A stretch of 64,000 bases of DNA from Octopus sinensis (Eukaryota). The notes below the pieces were generated by a model. The model was given only the letters and a program-made list of their open reading frames with translations. It did no database searches and was not told where the DNA came from. A program made the position numbers and the translations under genes. Numbering within the stretch: position 1 is the stretch's first letter; each line of letters starts with the position of its first letter. Shown here piece after piece: positions 37,293-51,279 of the stretch. Location: positions 55,428,001 through 55,492,000 of the forward strand of contig NC_043013.1 of assembly GCF_006345805.1 (NCBI RefSeq), read 5' to 3'.

Positions 37293-37597
37293 GGCGCAAT
37301 GGTCCAGTGGTTAGGGCAATGGACTCGCAGTCGTAGGATCGCGGTTTCGATTCCCAGACCGGGCGTTGTGAGTGTTTATTGAGTGAAAACACCTAAAGCT
37401 CCACAAGGCTCCGGCAGGGGGTGGTGGCGATCCCTGCTGTACTCTTTCACCAAAACTTTCTCTCACTCTTTCTTCTGTTGGCCTGCCCGCTTAGCCAGCG
37501 GGGTGGCATCATTTGAAGGCTGAAACAATGCGAAGTGCATTGCGACCAGCGATGTGTAGCAACATCTGATAGCCTGGTAGGTCACGGTGACGGTGAT
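37293..37597 (+). mobile_element. tRNA-derived SINE (family C), CpG-rich and probably young
   Basis: GGCGCAATGGTCCAGTGGTTAGG A-box region and GGTTTCGATTCC B-box, followed by a ~230-bp non-tRNA body. Confidence 0.8.
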
Positions 37598-38049
37598 ATA
37601 TATATATATATATATATGAGTGTGTGTGTTTGTGTTGACCCACCACCACTTGGCAACCGGTGTTGGTGTGTTTACTTTCTTGTGACTTAGTGGTTTGGTA
37701 AAAGCACCAACAGAATAAGTATCGGCTTTAAAAGAAATGCAAAGTAAATAAGTCCTGGGGTTGATTCGTTCAATTCAAAATTCTTCAGGGTAGTACCCCA
37801 GTATGGCCACAGTCAAATGACTGAGACAAGTAAAAGATAAAGAGTAAAGATTCACACATACTTTATAGTTTTGGATATCTCATGACTTCCACATCGAAAA
37901 TCGGAAACATTTACCCATATTTACTAATTGGAGGAAGTTTCTGCTTTGACAGCCTCCCCACACATACCATCCTCATTCATCACATGGTCTGTAATGAGTA
38001 ATGGCGTTATTTTGTGTGGATTATTAATTTGTGTATCACAAGATTTCCT

Positions 38050-39480
38050 CAGACGCAGCAGTAAATACTATTTTCCTACACATCAGCATTGATGGGACAT
38101 TGTAGAGGATTTCCATTGGAACGTAAATATTCTTTGCTAATCCTTATTTACTTCTGTATTTATTCTCTATTTTGTGGTTCATACATTCATATCAACATTC
38201 AACAATTGCCTTCATAACATAAAGTATTTTTCATTTTTCCAACATCGTTCATAGTTATGGTGAATCCACCAAAGTAGAAAATACATTCTAAATCCTGAAC
38301 TTATCTTTCTTTGAAAGTTATTGTAAAGGAGGGGAGGCAGCAGCAAATATCAACCTCCACAGTTGCAACAACAGAAAACAATTTACATCATAAGGTACAC
38401 TTTTTTGTTTTTTTTGTCTGTTCCTTATTTCTCCTATATTTCTGTGCAACAAAATACTGACATCTCAATACATTGCTGCCAAGAACAACAAATGAGGTCT
38501 CTACAATAAACTATAAGACATTTGAATAGATTTCTTTATTCGTGTATATATTCTTCACTTCTTATGTTTCCATAATTCAATTTTTTTCCCTGAAAATCAC
38601 TTCATACATGTTATATTTACATTCAATAATTATATATCTTCAACTTCTCTACAGAATGCAACATCTCAAAAATCCTCAAGATGTCAAACAGTTATAGTGG
38701 AAGGTATCCAAACATCAAAGACAACTGGTATTGTACAGTAAATATTTCCCATTCATCTCCTTTCCTTTATTAATATAACCAATTTCCACTTTCCCAACTA
38801 CATTTGCACATTCCCTTGCTTTCTTTCAGGTACAATCAAAAGCCAAATTATAGCACATCAACAGCAAGTTACAGGTAAGAATATCATACCACACAAATCA
38901 AATCACCAATACATTCTAAGACAACTCTTTATTGAAAGACTTTTCTATTTTTAACTCTAAACAATTACCATATCAATACAGATTAGGCGACAGCAATTAT
39001 ATATAATTCTCCTAAATGATATTACAAACATCGTATAGAAGAATAGACAACTGCAATGATGAAGTTAATTTTTCAACTTTTCCGTTTCCTTCTACAATAC
39101 CTCCTTTCTTTCATTTATTGTCCTCTCAGAAATATAGCCAAATTCTACATAAAATAAATATTGGATGATTCAGTAACTACACTATGCTACAATGATATCA
39201 ACACTGCACAAGAGCATCACTAAAATCAGAAAAGCATCAAAACATATGAACAATATGTCAGATCAAGAATAATGGAGAACAACAAACCCCGACAATGTTT
39301 ATTATTTGGGTAACTTCGTTGTTTGCAGTCATTTGGACAGCACATTCTTCTAAAAATCCAGAATAGAAAATCACAAACATTTAAAAATAACATCGCATAG
39401 ACAAGCAAAACTATCTTAGCAAAACGACTTACAATATCAAACCAAAAAAACTCTTCACAGATGGACCACAATAAGGTAAA
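38050..39480 (+). mobile_element. Heavily degraded Penelope-like ORF relic (RT, thumb, GIY-YIG)
   Basis: Fragmentary ISIGT*IFFANPY (RT motif-like), NPELI, NFHFPNYICTFP...KSQII (thumb-like) and SFGQHILL/KNPE (GIY-YIG C-terminal-like). Similar thumb-like sequence occurs at 35640-36170. Confidence 0.4.
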
Positions 39481-40569
39481 TGTCGCTCTTTCTTTGCTAC
39501 CTCACAGTTATTTTCTTACTCACATTTCTGTTTTTTGCCTTTTCTTGCCTCTTTCCTAACTAGATTGCCATGTATCTCCTCCATGACAAGACACTTATCA
39601 CTGTTCCTCTATTATACTTTAACCACTTCCCACTCAAGGGGGTTATCACTGTGAAACTTACTTGGAGACACAACTAATACTGGTGCCCTGTAAAAATCGT
39701 TGGTGAAGCGGTATCCAGCCATAGAAACTCTGCCAAAGCAGACACTTGGGCCTGGCATAGTCATCTGTTTTTCTAGCTCCTGTCAAACTGTCCTACTCAT
39801 GCCAGCATGGAAAATGGATGTCACATGATGATGATGATTATGACTTCAAGTGAGCATCGGTGAATTTCATAATAAGGAAAACATATTTATGCTATAACTT
39901 TCTCAATATAACCACCACCATCGAACGAAAAACAAAAGATTCAGCCAGAACACAATAATCAATAACAATATACAACAATAGTTTCAAAAACAAATATTCA
40001 TCCAGGTACGTAAATTTCTTTTAAGCTTATTAACTTTTTTTTTTACACAATATCACTTTTAGTAGTTTCTTTCAAAATTAGTTTTACTTCACTTACATTC
40101 ATTAATACTTTCAGAAAGTGAATAAATATTTATCCAGAAAGACAAAGAACAAACAGATCCGCCACAACCATTATAGAGATACCAGACTTTCAGAGAATAA
40201 TTTGTAGAATTTTCCTACGAAACAAACGTACCGTTTGCTAAAATATCAGAAAGAAACTGAGGATTATACAATAATCTACGAAAGCCCATGCATAATATAT
40301 AATACTTAGAGTAACAACTTACACGAAAAAATATATTCAGTAATATTTCCATTGTACTTTAATACGACACATAGCATTCCTTTCAATATCAGCCAAACCT
40401 TCCCTTAAACCACACCTAAAGAGTGAAAGAAATGTCTTTAGACACTCTACACACACCACCCTTCATTGCACATTGTTCCTTCCTTTATGTACATTAGAGG
40501 AATATATGATTCAATGATATTAAATCAATGTAAAACATGCTATCTTAAAGATAGCATGTTTGTACTAGT

Positions 40570-40846
40570 ATTCTTTTATTCTTTTACTTGTTTCAGTCAT
40601 TTGACTGTGGCCATGCTGGAGCACTGCCTTTAGTCGAACAAATCAATCCCAGGACTTATTCTTTGTAAACCTAGTACTTATTCTAGCGGTCTCTTTTGCT
40701 GAACCACTAAGTTACAGGGACATAAACACACTAGCATCGGTTGTCAAGTGATGCGGGGTGGAGGGGAGAGAACAAACACAGACACATAAACATCCATACA
40801 AATATATATCTATATAAATATACACACACACACACATATATATGTA

Positions 40847-40883
<37 letters not shown>

Positions 40884-41040
40884 CTTACATCTTTCAGTTT
40901 CCATCTACCAAATCCACTCACAAGGCTTTGGTCAGCCCGAGGCTATAGTAGAAGACACTTGCCCATGTAGTAGGACTGAACCCGGAACCATGTGGTTGGT
41001 AAGCAAGCTTCTCACCACACAGCCACTCCTGCACCTATAT
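40570..41040 (-). mobile_element. SINE family B
   Basis: Full match to the family consensus seen elsewhere in the window. Confidence 0.85.
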
Positions 41041-41722
41041 ACATACATATATATACATATATATATATAATAAGCTCAGGTGTATCTGTGTTGTTGGTTC
41101 CTAACCACATTGCTTCAGGTTCGGTACCTCTGCATGGTGAGCTGGGCAAGCGTCTTCCTATTGTAACCCAAAGCCCTGTGAGTGGAATTATGGTAATGGA
41201 AACTGAAAGGAAGCTCATCGTATTTGTATGCATTGTGTGTTTGTAAATGTATTAGTGTTTTGTAGCCTTTTATCTTGCATGATGATTCTAAATTATCATC
41301 AACATCAAACAAGCAGAGTCCTTCATTCCTAATCTTCTGTGAAAGTTTGTCTGGCCATGGCAAATATTTCTGTACTTGGGAAAAAGTAAGGACTAGCGTC
41401 AGGAGGGACATCAAGTTATAGGAAATGTGCCTCCACGGATTCCATACAAACATGGAAAAGAGGACATTATGATGATGATGTGTAATAGAAGATAGAAAAA
41501 AAGATGTAACTTTACCAGTGAGATTTGAATGGCATAATTGTTGTCAACTGTATATCTGCCCTAACCAAAGTGACATTATAAATTCACTGACCAAACTAGA
41601 AACCTTAACTTAAGTAGCTAAGATTACACATGCCAATGGTATATCAATGGTACCCTCAGACCACACAGTATTAAGATATGATATCATATATGTCTAATAA
41701 GAAAACTGAAATATATACATGC

Positions 41723-41760
<38 letters not shown>

Positions 41761-42695
41761 GACAACAGGCTAATTCAGTTAGAAGGAATGAATTTTTTAA
41801 AAAAGGGCAGAACAAGACAATAAAAGATGAAATGAGGAAAGAGGAAGTTTAGTTTCTGTGACAAACTTAGGGATATAAAAGTCTTAAGGGATTTAACAGT
41901 TTCTAAAGCTGTAAAGGTTTTCAAAGATTTGAAAGTTTTTGGAGATTAAGAATATGTAAATGGTGTCTGGATTTACATGTGGATAAATGGGTGAGATAAG
42001 CAGAAGGGTAGGTTCAGAGATGAAAATTTAGATAAATAGATAGGTTTGTGGAAGACCGGTAGAAAAAATGGTAGATAGACAAATTGATGGGGAATTTAGG
42101 TGGATAAATAAGTGAGTAAACAGGTAGAAGGGAAGGATTGTAGGCAGACAGCCAGACAGATGGATAGATAGCAAGTCAGATAGAGTGTCTCAATAGATAC
42201 AAAGTCTGACCTACATGTGGTGCATGACCAGAAGAAAGCCTTGTTGTTCGGTGTTAAATTTTATCACATAAACACATTCAGATGAAAGATCCCTCATCAG
42301 ACGACGTTCTTTCTTTTCACTTTTTGCTCTTATGGTGATCATTGATGTGCCAGTTAAAGGCTCTGGAAGTAATAGATGTATTTCCAGCTATTTAGCTCAT
42401 TCTGTATACAGGTTCAACCAAAATATAACTTCGCCTTAGAATGAAGGAGCATCTCCACAAAGCCACACCACCCAGTACTGTGTTCTAACTCCACCAACAA
42501 TGTGGCAAAAATTTCTCCATCCATATACTGGTGAGTGGGATTGATACAGTCAACCTCAGAATCATAGCACCAGCACATTATCCACACACGCACACATACA
42601 TAGAGGTGTATATTTGTGTATATATATATATATATATATGTACGTATATACATATGTGTACATACCTATATACTTATAAATATTTGTGGGTGTAT

Positions 42696-42761
<66 letters not shown>

Positions 42762-43422
42762 AAATATATGCATATACATACACAGACACACATGCACAAA
42801 CATGCACATGTATATGCCTCATGCTCTTCCCACACAAACACACACACAGGTTGGAAATTAATTCCAAGGTCTTTCGAAACTGTGTTCTATCATATGAACA
42901 TTGGTTTACTTTAATAAATTCTTCAACATCTCCATTCAAGAAACTAATAGTTTTCACAGAATTCATCCAATCTAAAGGCAATGATTGAACTAGAAATTCT
43001 GATCTGGACTGAACAGCATCTATTACAACTAAAAGAAGCCTTGACTATTCCTTGAGATCTGACAGAATAATGGTCATGGTTGAATCATAGCTGTTCATTT
43101 AATTATGTTTTCTTTATACTCATAGTAGAGATCAGAAGGAGTACACATGGATAGATACGAATGGCCAGACAATAACACAAACGTTCAAGGATACAACTTT
43201 TTTTTTTTTTTAAATGAAATATTCATAAAGAAGTTTCCTAAGATATGATACGAGCTATCGAAAAGCAAAACTTACAACACAAACACCGCAATTTTGTTGT
43301 TGCTGTTGCTGTTGTTGTCGATGTTGTTATGTTTTATTTGATGTACTTTTGTTTTTGATTATATTAAAGGCAATAACAGTAAGTAATATTTGAAAACAAG
43401 AAAAATCAATTTCGATAACTTT

Positions 43423-43427
<5 letters not shown>

Positions 43428-43484
<57 letters not shown>
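43428..43484 (+). repeat. (CT)n microsatellite, one of dozens of (TA)n, (CA)n, (CT)n, (GAT)n, (AAT)n and (CTAT)n tracts
   Basis: Direct inspection. Confidence 0.95.
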
Positions 43485-43487
<3 letters not shown>

Positions 43488-43825
43488 TAAGAGTGACTGA
43501 CCAACAAAATGTATTCTGCCATCATATTTTGCTTCTATCCTGACTATGAAATATATTCATTTAGATGTACAACTTCTTTTCAGCTATTTATTTATTTATT
43601 GCTTATATTCACACTTGACAAATCCCTGCCTATTGGAATATACCTTAATGGAAATATATAAAAAAATGTGTGCGCATATATATATATAGATAGATATCTA
43701 TATATATGCACGAACACATATATACAAAAATATACATACACATGTGTGTATATATATATATATGTGTGTGTGTGTATGTGTATATATATATTCTTTGCAT
43801 ATACATATAAATATAAATATATGAA

Positions 43826-43874
<49 letters not shown>

Positions 43875-44523
43875 GTATATAAATGCATGCATATATATAA
43901 AAGCAGAATAAATTTCTTTAGTTGGAAATATTTACAGCTTATTTGATCACCCCTATTCTTGTAGAAATACCATATTTTTCCAGACAACATTACTCTTCAA
44001 CAGACATGTTATTAGAAATATTTTGTAGCACCAATAAAATTGCAAAGATGTAAAATTTCAAGCATTCATTCTTTTATTATTTTATTTGTTTATTTTAATT
44101 TTATGTAATTTTTGCTTTTTTTTTTTTTTCCATTTTTCATAACTGTTGTTATGACACTATTTTGGTTAAACAAAATTAGAAAACGGAACAGAAATATTTT
44201 TTCTATCAATAAAAGATCAATAAAAGATTAGAAATTCTATTAGAAAAAGAAGAAGAAAAAAAAGGATGAAAACTTATATTCCAGCCTGCTATTGCTGCCA
44301 TAATAAGATAAATGTATATATATATATATAAAAAAAAAGCCTGGAATATCACCTAATTAAAATTAATTTAACAATATGTATATGTCAAAAATGTTGAGTA
44401 AGGATATTGTATGGGAGATATTTCTGCATGTGTCAATGTTCAAATTCAGTTTTGGGATGAATATGTCAATCTAATTATAAACAAATATGAACGAATACAT
44501 ATGCACATGTGCATGTGCACATG

Positions 44524-44584
<61 letters not shown>

Positions 44585-45617
44585 CCTATCATCAAATGTT
44601 ATAATATCCAGGCTCGTACATACTGACATAGTAACAAATATAAAAAGAACAAACCAGTAAGGTGACACATTGATATTTCTGTTCCTTCAGTGTTAAGTTT
44701 GGTTAGTAGTATTTTTAACTAAAGATACACAAAGTAAAATCTGATTTGTTCTTGGCAATAATGGAATGGAAAATTCCTCAAAAATACTTCTTCACAACAC
44801 AAGTGTCAAGATACAGGATGATAACCATGGATGATAAACAGTAAAATCTTTCCCGACAATAATGATGCTTATCACTTTCCTTCGTTTACAAGAATATACT
44901 GATAGAACACATTTCGTAATTTATTATGTATTGCAATTAATATTTTGGGAATTAGTTTTTAATAATAATGTCTTCTCATAGGAAAAGAGAAGTGAGCTTT
45001 TGTTTTCTTACATAGAAAGAAGCAATCAATCATTATATGTAAGTATATGGATACAAAGTCAAGTCTTTGATTTAGCTTCTGGGATGTTCAAAGAAAGAAC
45101 ATGCAGAAAGAGGTGTAGGCAAGGCTGTATGGTAAGAAGTCTGCTTCCTGACTACATGGTCCTGGGTTTAGTTTCAATGCAAGGCACAGTGGATGAGTGC
45201 ATTCTACTATAGTCTCAGGTTGAACAAAGCTTTGTGTGTGAATTTGGTAGCCATGAATTTATAAAAGCCTATTATAAATATGTGTAGGTGTCTGTGTATA
45301 TATATATATGGCAAGAGAGAGAGATTTATAAGAGTAAAGGCATAGTAGAGACAATGCCCATGCTGAAAATAGACACCAAATCACCAAACCACTTAAAATT
45401 TTATCACTTTTACAGTACACATTGAAATCAAGATGCAAAATATATATTTTCTATTGTTTCATTTGTCTCACTCACTTATGTTCTGGCGTTTGCTGAATTT
45501 TCTTGAGAACAATCTTTACTTAGTGGTCAGACCATATGGGGTCTACATCTAGCATATTGGATGTCCACCTAGTGGTCATCCCTCTTATATACATGTTATA
45601 TACATATATATATAATG

Positions 45618-45940
45618 TGAAGACATGTGGCTTAATGGTTTGGGCATTTGGCTCATGATTGTAAGGTCGTGAGTTTAATTCCTGGCAACGCGTTGCATCC
45701 TTGAGCAAGACACTTTATTTCACGTTGCTCCACTCCACTCAACTAGCAAAATGAATGGCACCTGTAGTTCAAAGGGCTGGCCTTATCACACTTTGTATCA
45801 CACTAAACTCCCTGAGAAATACGTTAAGGGTACACGTACCTGTGGAGTGCTTAGCCAATTGCACGTTAATTTTAAGAGCAAGCTGTTCCATTGATCGTAT
45901 CAGCTGGGACTTTCGCATCATTGTAACCGATGGATTGCTT
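45618..45940 (+). mobile_element. Older tRNA-derived SINE with a CCTTGAGCAAGACACTT central domain; related copy at 46305-46560
   Basis: A/B-box-like head, then GCATCCTTGAGCAAGACACTTTATTTCAC, resembling conserved SINE core domains. Confidence 0.6.
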
Positions 45941-45946
45941 CCCTTA

Positions 45947-45985
<39 letters not shown>

Positions 45986-45988
45986 ATA

Positions 45989-46051
<63 letters not shown>

Positions 46052-46896
46052 GTTGGTACCATTGTGAGCATCCAGCCATTAAATCCTGCCTCAAATACAT
46101 CTACATGCAAGCGTGTAAAAATAAGCAGTAAATGTAACAGGATTTTCTTTGAGAAAACTACTCTTCATCATCATGTGTCAGTTACATTTACTCAGCAAGT
46201 GATACATAAAAAATTTGAGCCTTATTTGTAATTGAAGCTTACACTGTCAAAGCAAAGATTGTTTTCTAATGCTGAAAGTTATTTTGCATATCATACCTGA
46301 GATACTGTGGAGGTGTATGGCTTTGTGGTTAGGCTGTTGGATGCATGAATGTTAGATTGTTGTTTCAATTCCTGGGCCAGGTGACGCATTATGTTCTTGA
46401 GCAAAACTCTTCATTTCACATTGCTCCAGTCTGCTCAGCTGGCAAAGATGAATAATTCTGCAATGTACCGGAGTCTCATTCAGGTGGAGAATAAATACAT
46501 CATGAAACTGGGAACTGGTCCTTATGAGTCAGCATAAACTGAGAAGGTAACTTTACTTTACCTGAGATACCAATAACAAGGAAGTTGAACCACATTTTTG
46601 GTACAGGAATATAAGACTGGAAACTAAGAAATACCACAGCAGTCTAACGATTAATAAGGATATGTTTTGCAATGTGTTATGTATATTTCATACAAACAGA
46701 AAAGCAAAATCAGGAATAATTTTAGGATGAGAAACGACTCAAAGATTGTTTACAACTGTATGGCTGCATTTTGAGAAGAACTTTTCAATGTATCTAACCT
46801 TAAGTCAGCTACCTGGTTTGCTAAAATGATTTGTAAATTACCTGTTATATAATTTAAGGTCTTAATTGGGGAATTAAAATTCACAGGCCACTGAAT

Positions 46897-47171
46897 TTAA
46901 ATCAAGCCAAAAGCTGATATGGAGCTTGATTTCTCTTCTGTAAAATTGATTGCCGTAGGGGACAGACACTGCTTGCTATCAGATATTGGAAAGTGTTCTG
47001 GGAAAGCCATTATCTTGCAAGGTCTTCTACTATATTCATATATCTCTGTTAGAAGCTGAACAATCATGTCATCGGTTACATGCTGTGGCAGGATTAATTT
47101 CTTTACAGTTAAAAAAGTTTCATTGAGGAAAAGTAACTTCAACTCACTTTCCTCCCATACCTCTTTCATCC
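46897..47171 (-). CDS. Candidate coding exon, 90-codon ORF, weakly LRR-like
   Basis: Open 90 codons in unique AT-rich DNA (MKEVWEESELKLLFLNETFLTVKKLILPQHVTDDMIVQLL...), with a possible TTTAAG| acceptor just upstream. Confidence 0.25.
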
Positions 47172-47212
47172 CTTAAATGACCTTTTAGAAAATAGATCTC
47201 AGAATTGTGTGT

Positions 47213-47248
<36 letters not shown>

Positions 47249-47744
47249 ATGTGTATGAGTGTGTGCTGGGTGCCAGCGTAGCTACACTTGAGATATTGCT
47301 ATGATATGTGTAAATAAGTGTATATTATGTAAATTTATGCATCTCTACATGCAAACAGGACTAGATATATGCATTTAATTGTGCAAAGTGTGATAAGCAT
47401 GGTTATCAAATTAGGTAATGAGCCTTAATGAATATATATGTGCATTTAATTGGGGAAAGTATGATAAGCATGTATTGGGTCATCCCATAAATAATGCCGT
47501 TTTTTTTCAGTTGCATGGGATAAACTATCTGCATCAACTAGCTATAAAAGAAGGGAGTAATATTACCTTGTACTTATTCTTAGTGCACTTTTGAAGAGTG
47601 CAGTTCAATTTAAACAGGTATTATTTCAAAGCTATTAATGGAAGTGACGAAGGAGCATAATTGGTACATTTTGCATTATGTGTTCAAGAAAGGCAACAAC
47701 GAAATGGAGATATTTCATTTGATTATATTGATAATAACATCATC

Positions 47745-48125
47745 ATCATCATTGTTGTTGTTTAATGTTTGCTTCCCATGCTGGCATGGGTTAGACGGTT
47801 TGACTGAGAACTGGTGAACCAGATGGCTGCACCAGGCTCCAATCTGATCTGGCAAAGTTTCTACAGCTGGATGCCCTTCCTAACGCCAACCACTTTGAGG
47901 ATGTAGTGGGTGCTTTTGCATGCCACCAGCACGAGGGCTAGTTAGGTGGTTCTAGCAATGACCATGCTCAAATGGTGTTTTTTCATGCCACTTGCATGGG
48001 AGCCAGTTCGGCAGCACTGGCAACGACCACACACAAATGTTGTTTCTCATGTACCACCAGCACATGTGCCAGTAAAGCAACACTGACAATGATCACACTC
48101 GAATGGTGCTTTTTTCATGCCACTG
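47745..48125 (-). mobile_element. RTE 3' UTR fragment with about 3-4 degenerate ~60-bp units
   Basis: Reverse complement of the RTE tail, with repeated GGTG(T/C)TTTTTCATGCCAC motifs. Confidence 0.7.
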
Positions 48126-48545
48126 GCATTATTTTTTATCTTTTAGTTGTTTCAATCATTAGACTGTAGCCTTGCTTGGATTCCACCTTGAAAGGTTTGA
48201 CTTGAGTGAATCAACTCTTGTATGTATATTCTCTTAAGCACGGTATATATTCTATTGGTCTCTTTTTCTGAACCACAGAGATACAGGATGTAAACAAACC
48301 AACAGCTGTTGTCAAATGGCAATGGGGAACAAATGTAGACATAAGGATACACACACACGTAGGTATGTATATACATATATATAACAGGATTCTTTCAGCT
48401 TCTGTCTACCAAATCCACTCAGAAGGCTTTGGTTGGCCTCGGGTTATAATAGAAGACCCATGCCAAAGTTGCTATACAGTGAGACAGAACGTGAAACCAT
48501 ATGGTTAGTAAGAAACCTTCCTACTATACAGCCATGCCTGCACCT
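48125..48545 (-). mobile_element. SINE family B (degraded)
   Basis: CCAAATCCACTCA...AACCATATGGTTAG...CAGCCATGCCTGCACC. Confidence 0.7.
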
Positions 48546-49945
48546 AGATGTGTATAACAAAGCAAAAAGATATTAAAAGTCTGGGCCAATACTTTATAAG
48601 CTCCCCATAGGGTCAAACTTGACTAAATTTTCCAATGAAAGCCATCATAATCTGCATCAGCTATAAAATTACTTTCCACTGTCTATCCAGTTTGTAACTC
48701 TGAAGATGGAAGACCAAATAAAATTTGTTTAAGGTCACAGAGTATAGTAGAAAAACACAACAGAATGGAGAATTATATTTTAATCTATTTGCATGCATTT
48801 CCGACAGATTGGCATTTGAAAGTTCTGTGATGCAGTAATCATGCATATATTAATCAATCCCTTATTTGATCGACAAAGATTCTACAGAAATAGAGAAATT
48901 TAAAACCATCCTATCCATAGCCAAACTATATCACATTACTTAGAATAGAGAATATTTCAAAGGGGATAGATAATGGTAAAAATAAGCATATTTAATCAAT
49001 ACAGGGAGCAGGAGATATTTCAGAATGCCTACTTAAAGAAGGTATTAATCAGATCATTCTAGAATTGTAATATGGTACTTAGTTTCTTCAATTCCCTCGA
49101 TCAGCTTGGAAAATACTTATGACACAATTCCTGCCCCATTTAAATTATTCAAATAGGCAGATGAGAAAGAGGCTATTTAATAGATAATTATTTTGGTTAT
49201 GATGGACATGTCAATAATGATTCTAAATATAGACTATGATTTGAAGGAAACAGGTTATGTCAATGAGAATTGTAAAGGAAAATAACCAATATATATATTA
49301 TTTTCTAAGGAAGATATTCTATTTCAAAAACATTATTTTCTTAAAAAAGTAAATATTAAGAATTAAAATAATAGCAATATGATTAACTAAGTTAATAAAA
49401 TGAAGTAAAAAAATAAGTAAAAAATAAATTACAAAAAGAAAAATAAATTAAAATGTAATTTTAAATAATTAAGCAATCTAATTATAAATTAAAAATTAAA
49501 ATAATAATAATGATAATAATAATATTAATTGCAGCATAGAAGATGTTTGTAAACCATTCAAGAACACATATTTTGTCCTCACCACCACCACCACTTGACA
49601 AATAACCGGCGTTGGTGCGCTTATGTCTCCATAACTTAGTGGAACATATACATAACAGGCTTTAAAACAGTAACTACTGGGGTTGATTCATTCATCTAAA
49701 TGACATTTCCTCAAGGCAGTGCTCCAGCATGGCCACAGTGTAATGACTGAATCAAATAAACAATAGAAAATAAAAGATAAAAATAATTCTATTTGAGTTA
49801 AATACACTAATTATACCTGACTGAGAAAGCCAAGCCCAAAACTAGAAACGGTTTCTTTGCAATGATGTAATGTTCTCATTATTCAATTAAAGGAGTCGTT
49901 AGAAATGGCCGTAATGAATTGACACCTGTACCTGTTTGTTACTCA

Positions 49946-49987
<42 letters not shown>

Positions 49988-50308
49988 GTTGTTGTATTTA
50001 GAAATGGTCATGTTGCCAGTTTAACCAATAAAAATACACGCACTATATATTATATATATATATATATATATAATGTATACACAAGTATATGTATAAATAT
50101 CATCATATATACACATGCACACATTTATACACAGGTACATATATACGTGTACACACACATATATGTACTCACAAACATCTACAAAAGGAAACATACTACT
50201 GGACCTGTGTGAGTAAGCATAAGCCCTACTGTCTTTACAACATATTTATATTCATATACAATTGTATTTGTCACACACACACACACACACACTCTCTCTC
50301 TTTCTCTT

Positions 50309-50347
<39 letters not shown>

Positions 50348-51279
50348 CTCTCACTTTCCTTTTTTATGATATATTAATTATTACTAATTTATATGCTCAG
50401 AGGAAATAAAGTTTGCTTCTAAAAATTAACTTAACCGCCAGAAATACACATACAACTTAACACACAAACATCCACAGATGCGTGCATGCACATCCACACA
50501 CACACATACATGCACACACAGACTGGCACTCCTCACTCTAAAATGACACTTAACAAAAAGCAGAATTATTTCTGGCTTCATGACAATATATTTGTGGAGC
50601 CTTGTTTGTGGCATGTGGGTTAAACAGCATTCAGTGTAGTGTATAGATCAAGACTGAATGGCATGCAGAAACTCTGCCTGTCTAATATCAAAATATTAAC
50701 CATTTACTGAATTATACACTGAATTTCATGCATCAAATTAGCACTTTCATAATGAATTGAAAATCAGTTACGTTTTTGTCTCTTATAATAAATATTTATA
50801 CTCCAGACTGGCTACACAGTGTGTTCAAGTGAAAACACAAAGCTAAATATGTTTATATAAGTAAATATATATGTGTGTATACATGTACACATGTATATAT
50901 GTGTGTTGTGTGTATCCCCACAGCATTATGGAAGTATTATTTTCTACAAATCTTGTCATAAAGGGAATGCCACTTTGCCAAACTTCTTTTCCCACCGTCT
51001 TTTTTTTATGCCAAGGATTGAAATGCTTCTTGGCAGGGATTTTTCAAAGGAAAATACTATGGCCATCTTTTATGTATGAAAATATCCATTTTTAAATATA
51101 TCCACAGTGCATTATATACACTTTCAGACACTTGATGAGAAATACACTAAGGAATAGATATGAATTCAGGAATATTGTAGCATAGAGTACATGTGTACTA
51201 AAGACTTCTGTTTGATAAGAAATGGTACAATAAGAATTATTTGGAGGAAGAGGGACACCGTTTCCTGCTTGTAGATCAA

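Noticed and set aside
37293-37365. tRNA gene
   Set aside because: The A/B boxes are present but the acceptor stem does not close, and the sequence runs into a SINE body.
38050-39480. Selenocysteine-recoding Naiad-type PLE
   Set aside because: The relic is too degraded; the stops are of all three types with frameshifts, and no SECIS is recognisable.
42274-42306. Minus-strand CUGAUGA-GGGAU..AUC motif
   Set aside because: No intact GAAAC-NUH or stem I; too degraded to call.
42414-43990. ORFs rich in YI/HT/CV dipeptides (also at 20-21, 23-24, 31, 40-41, 50 and 58 kb)
   Set aside because: They are translations of (TA)n and (CA)n microsatellites.
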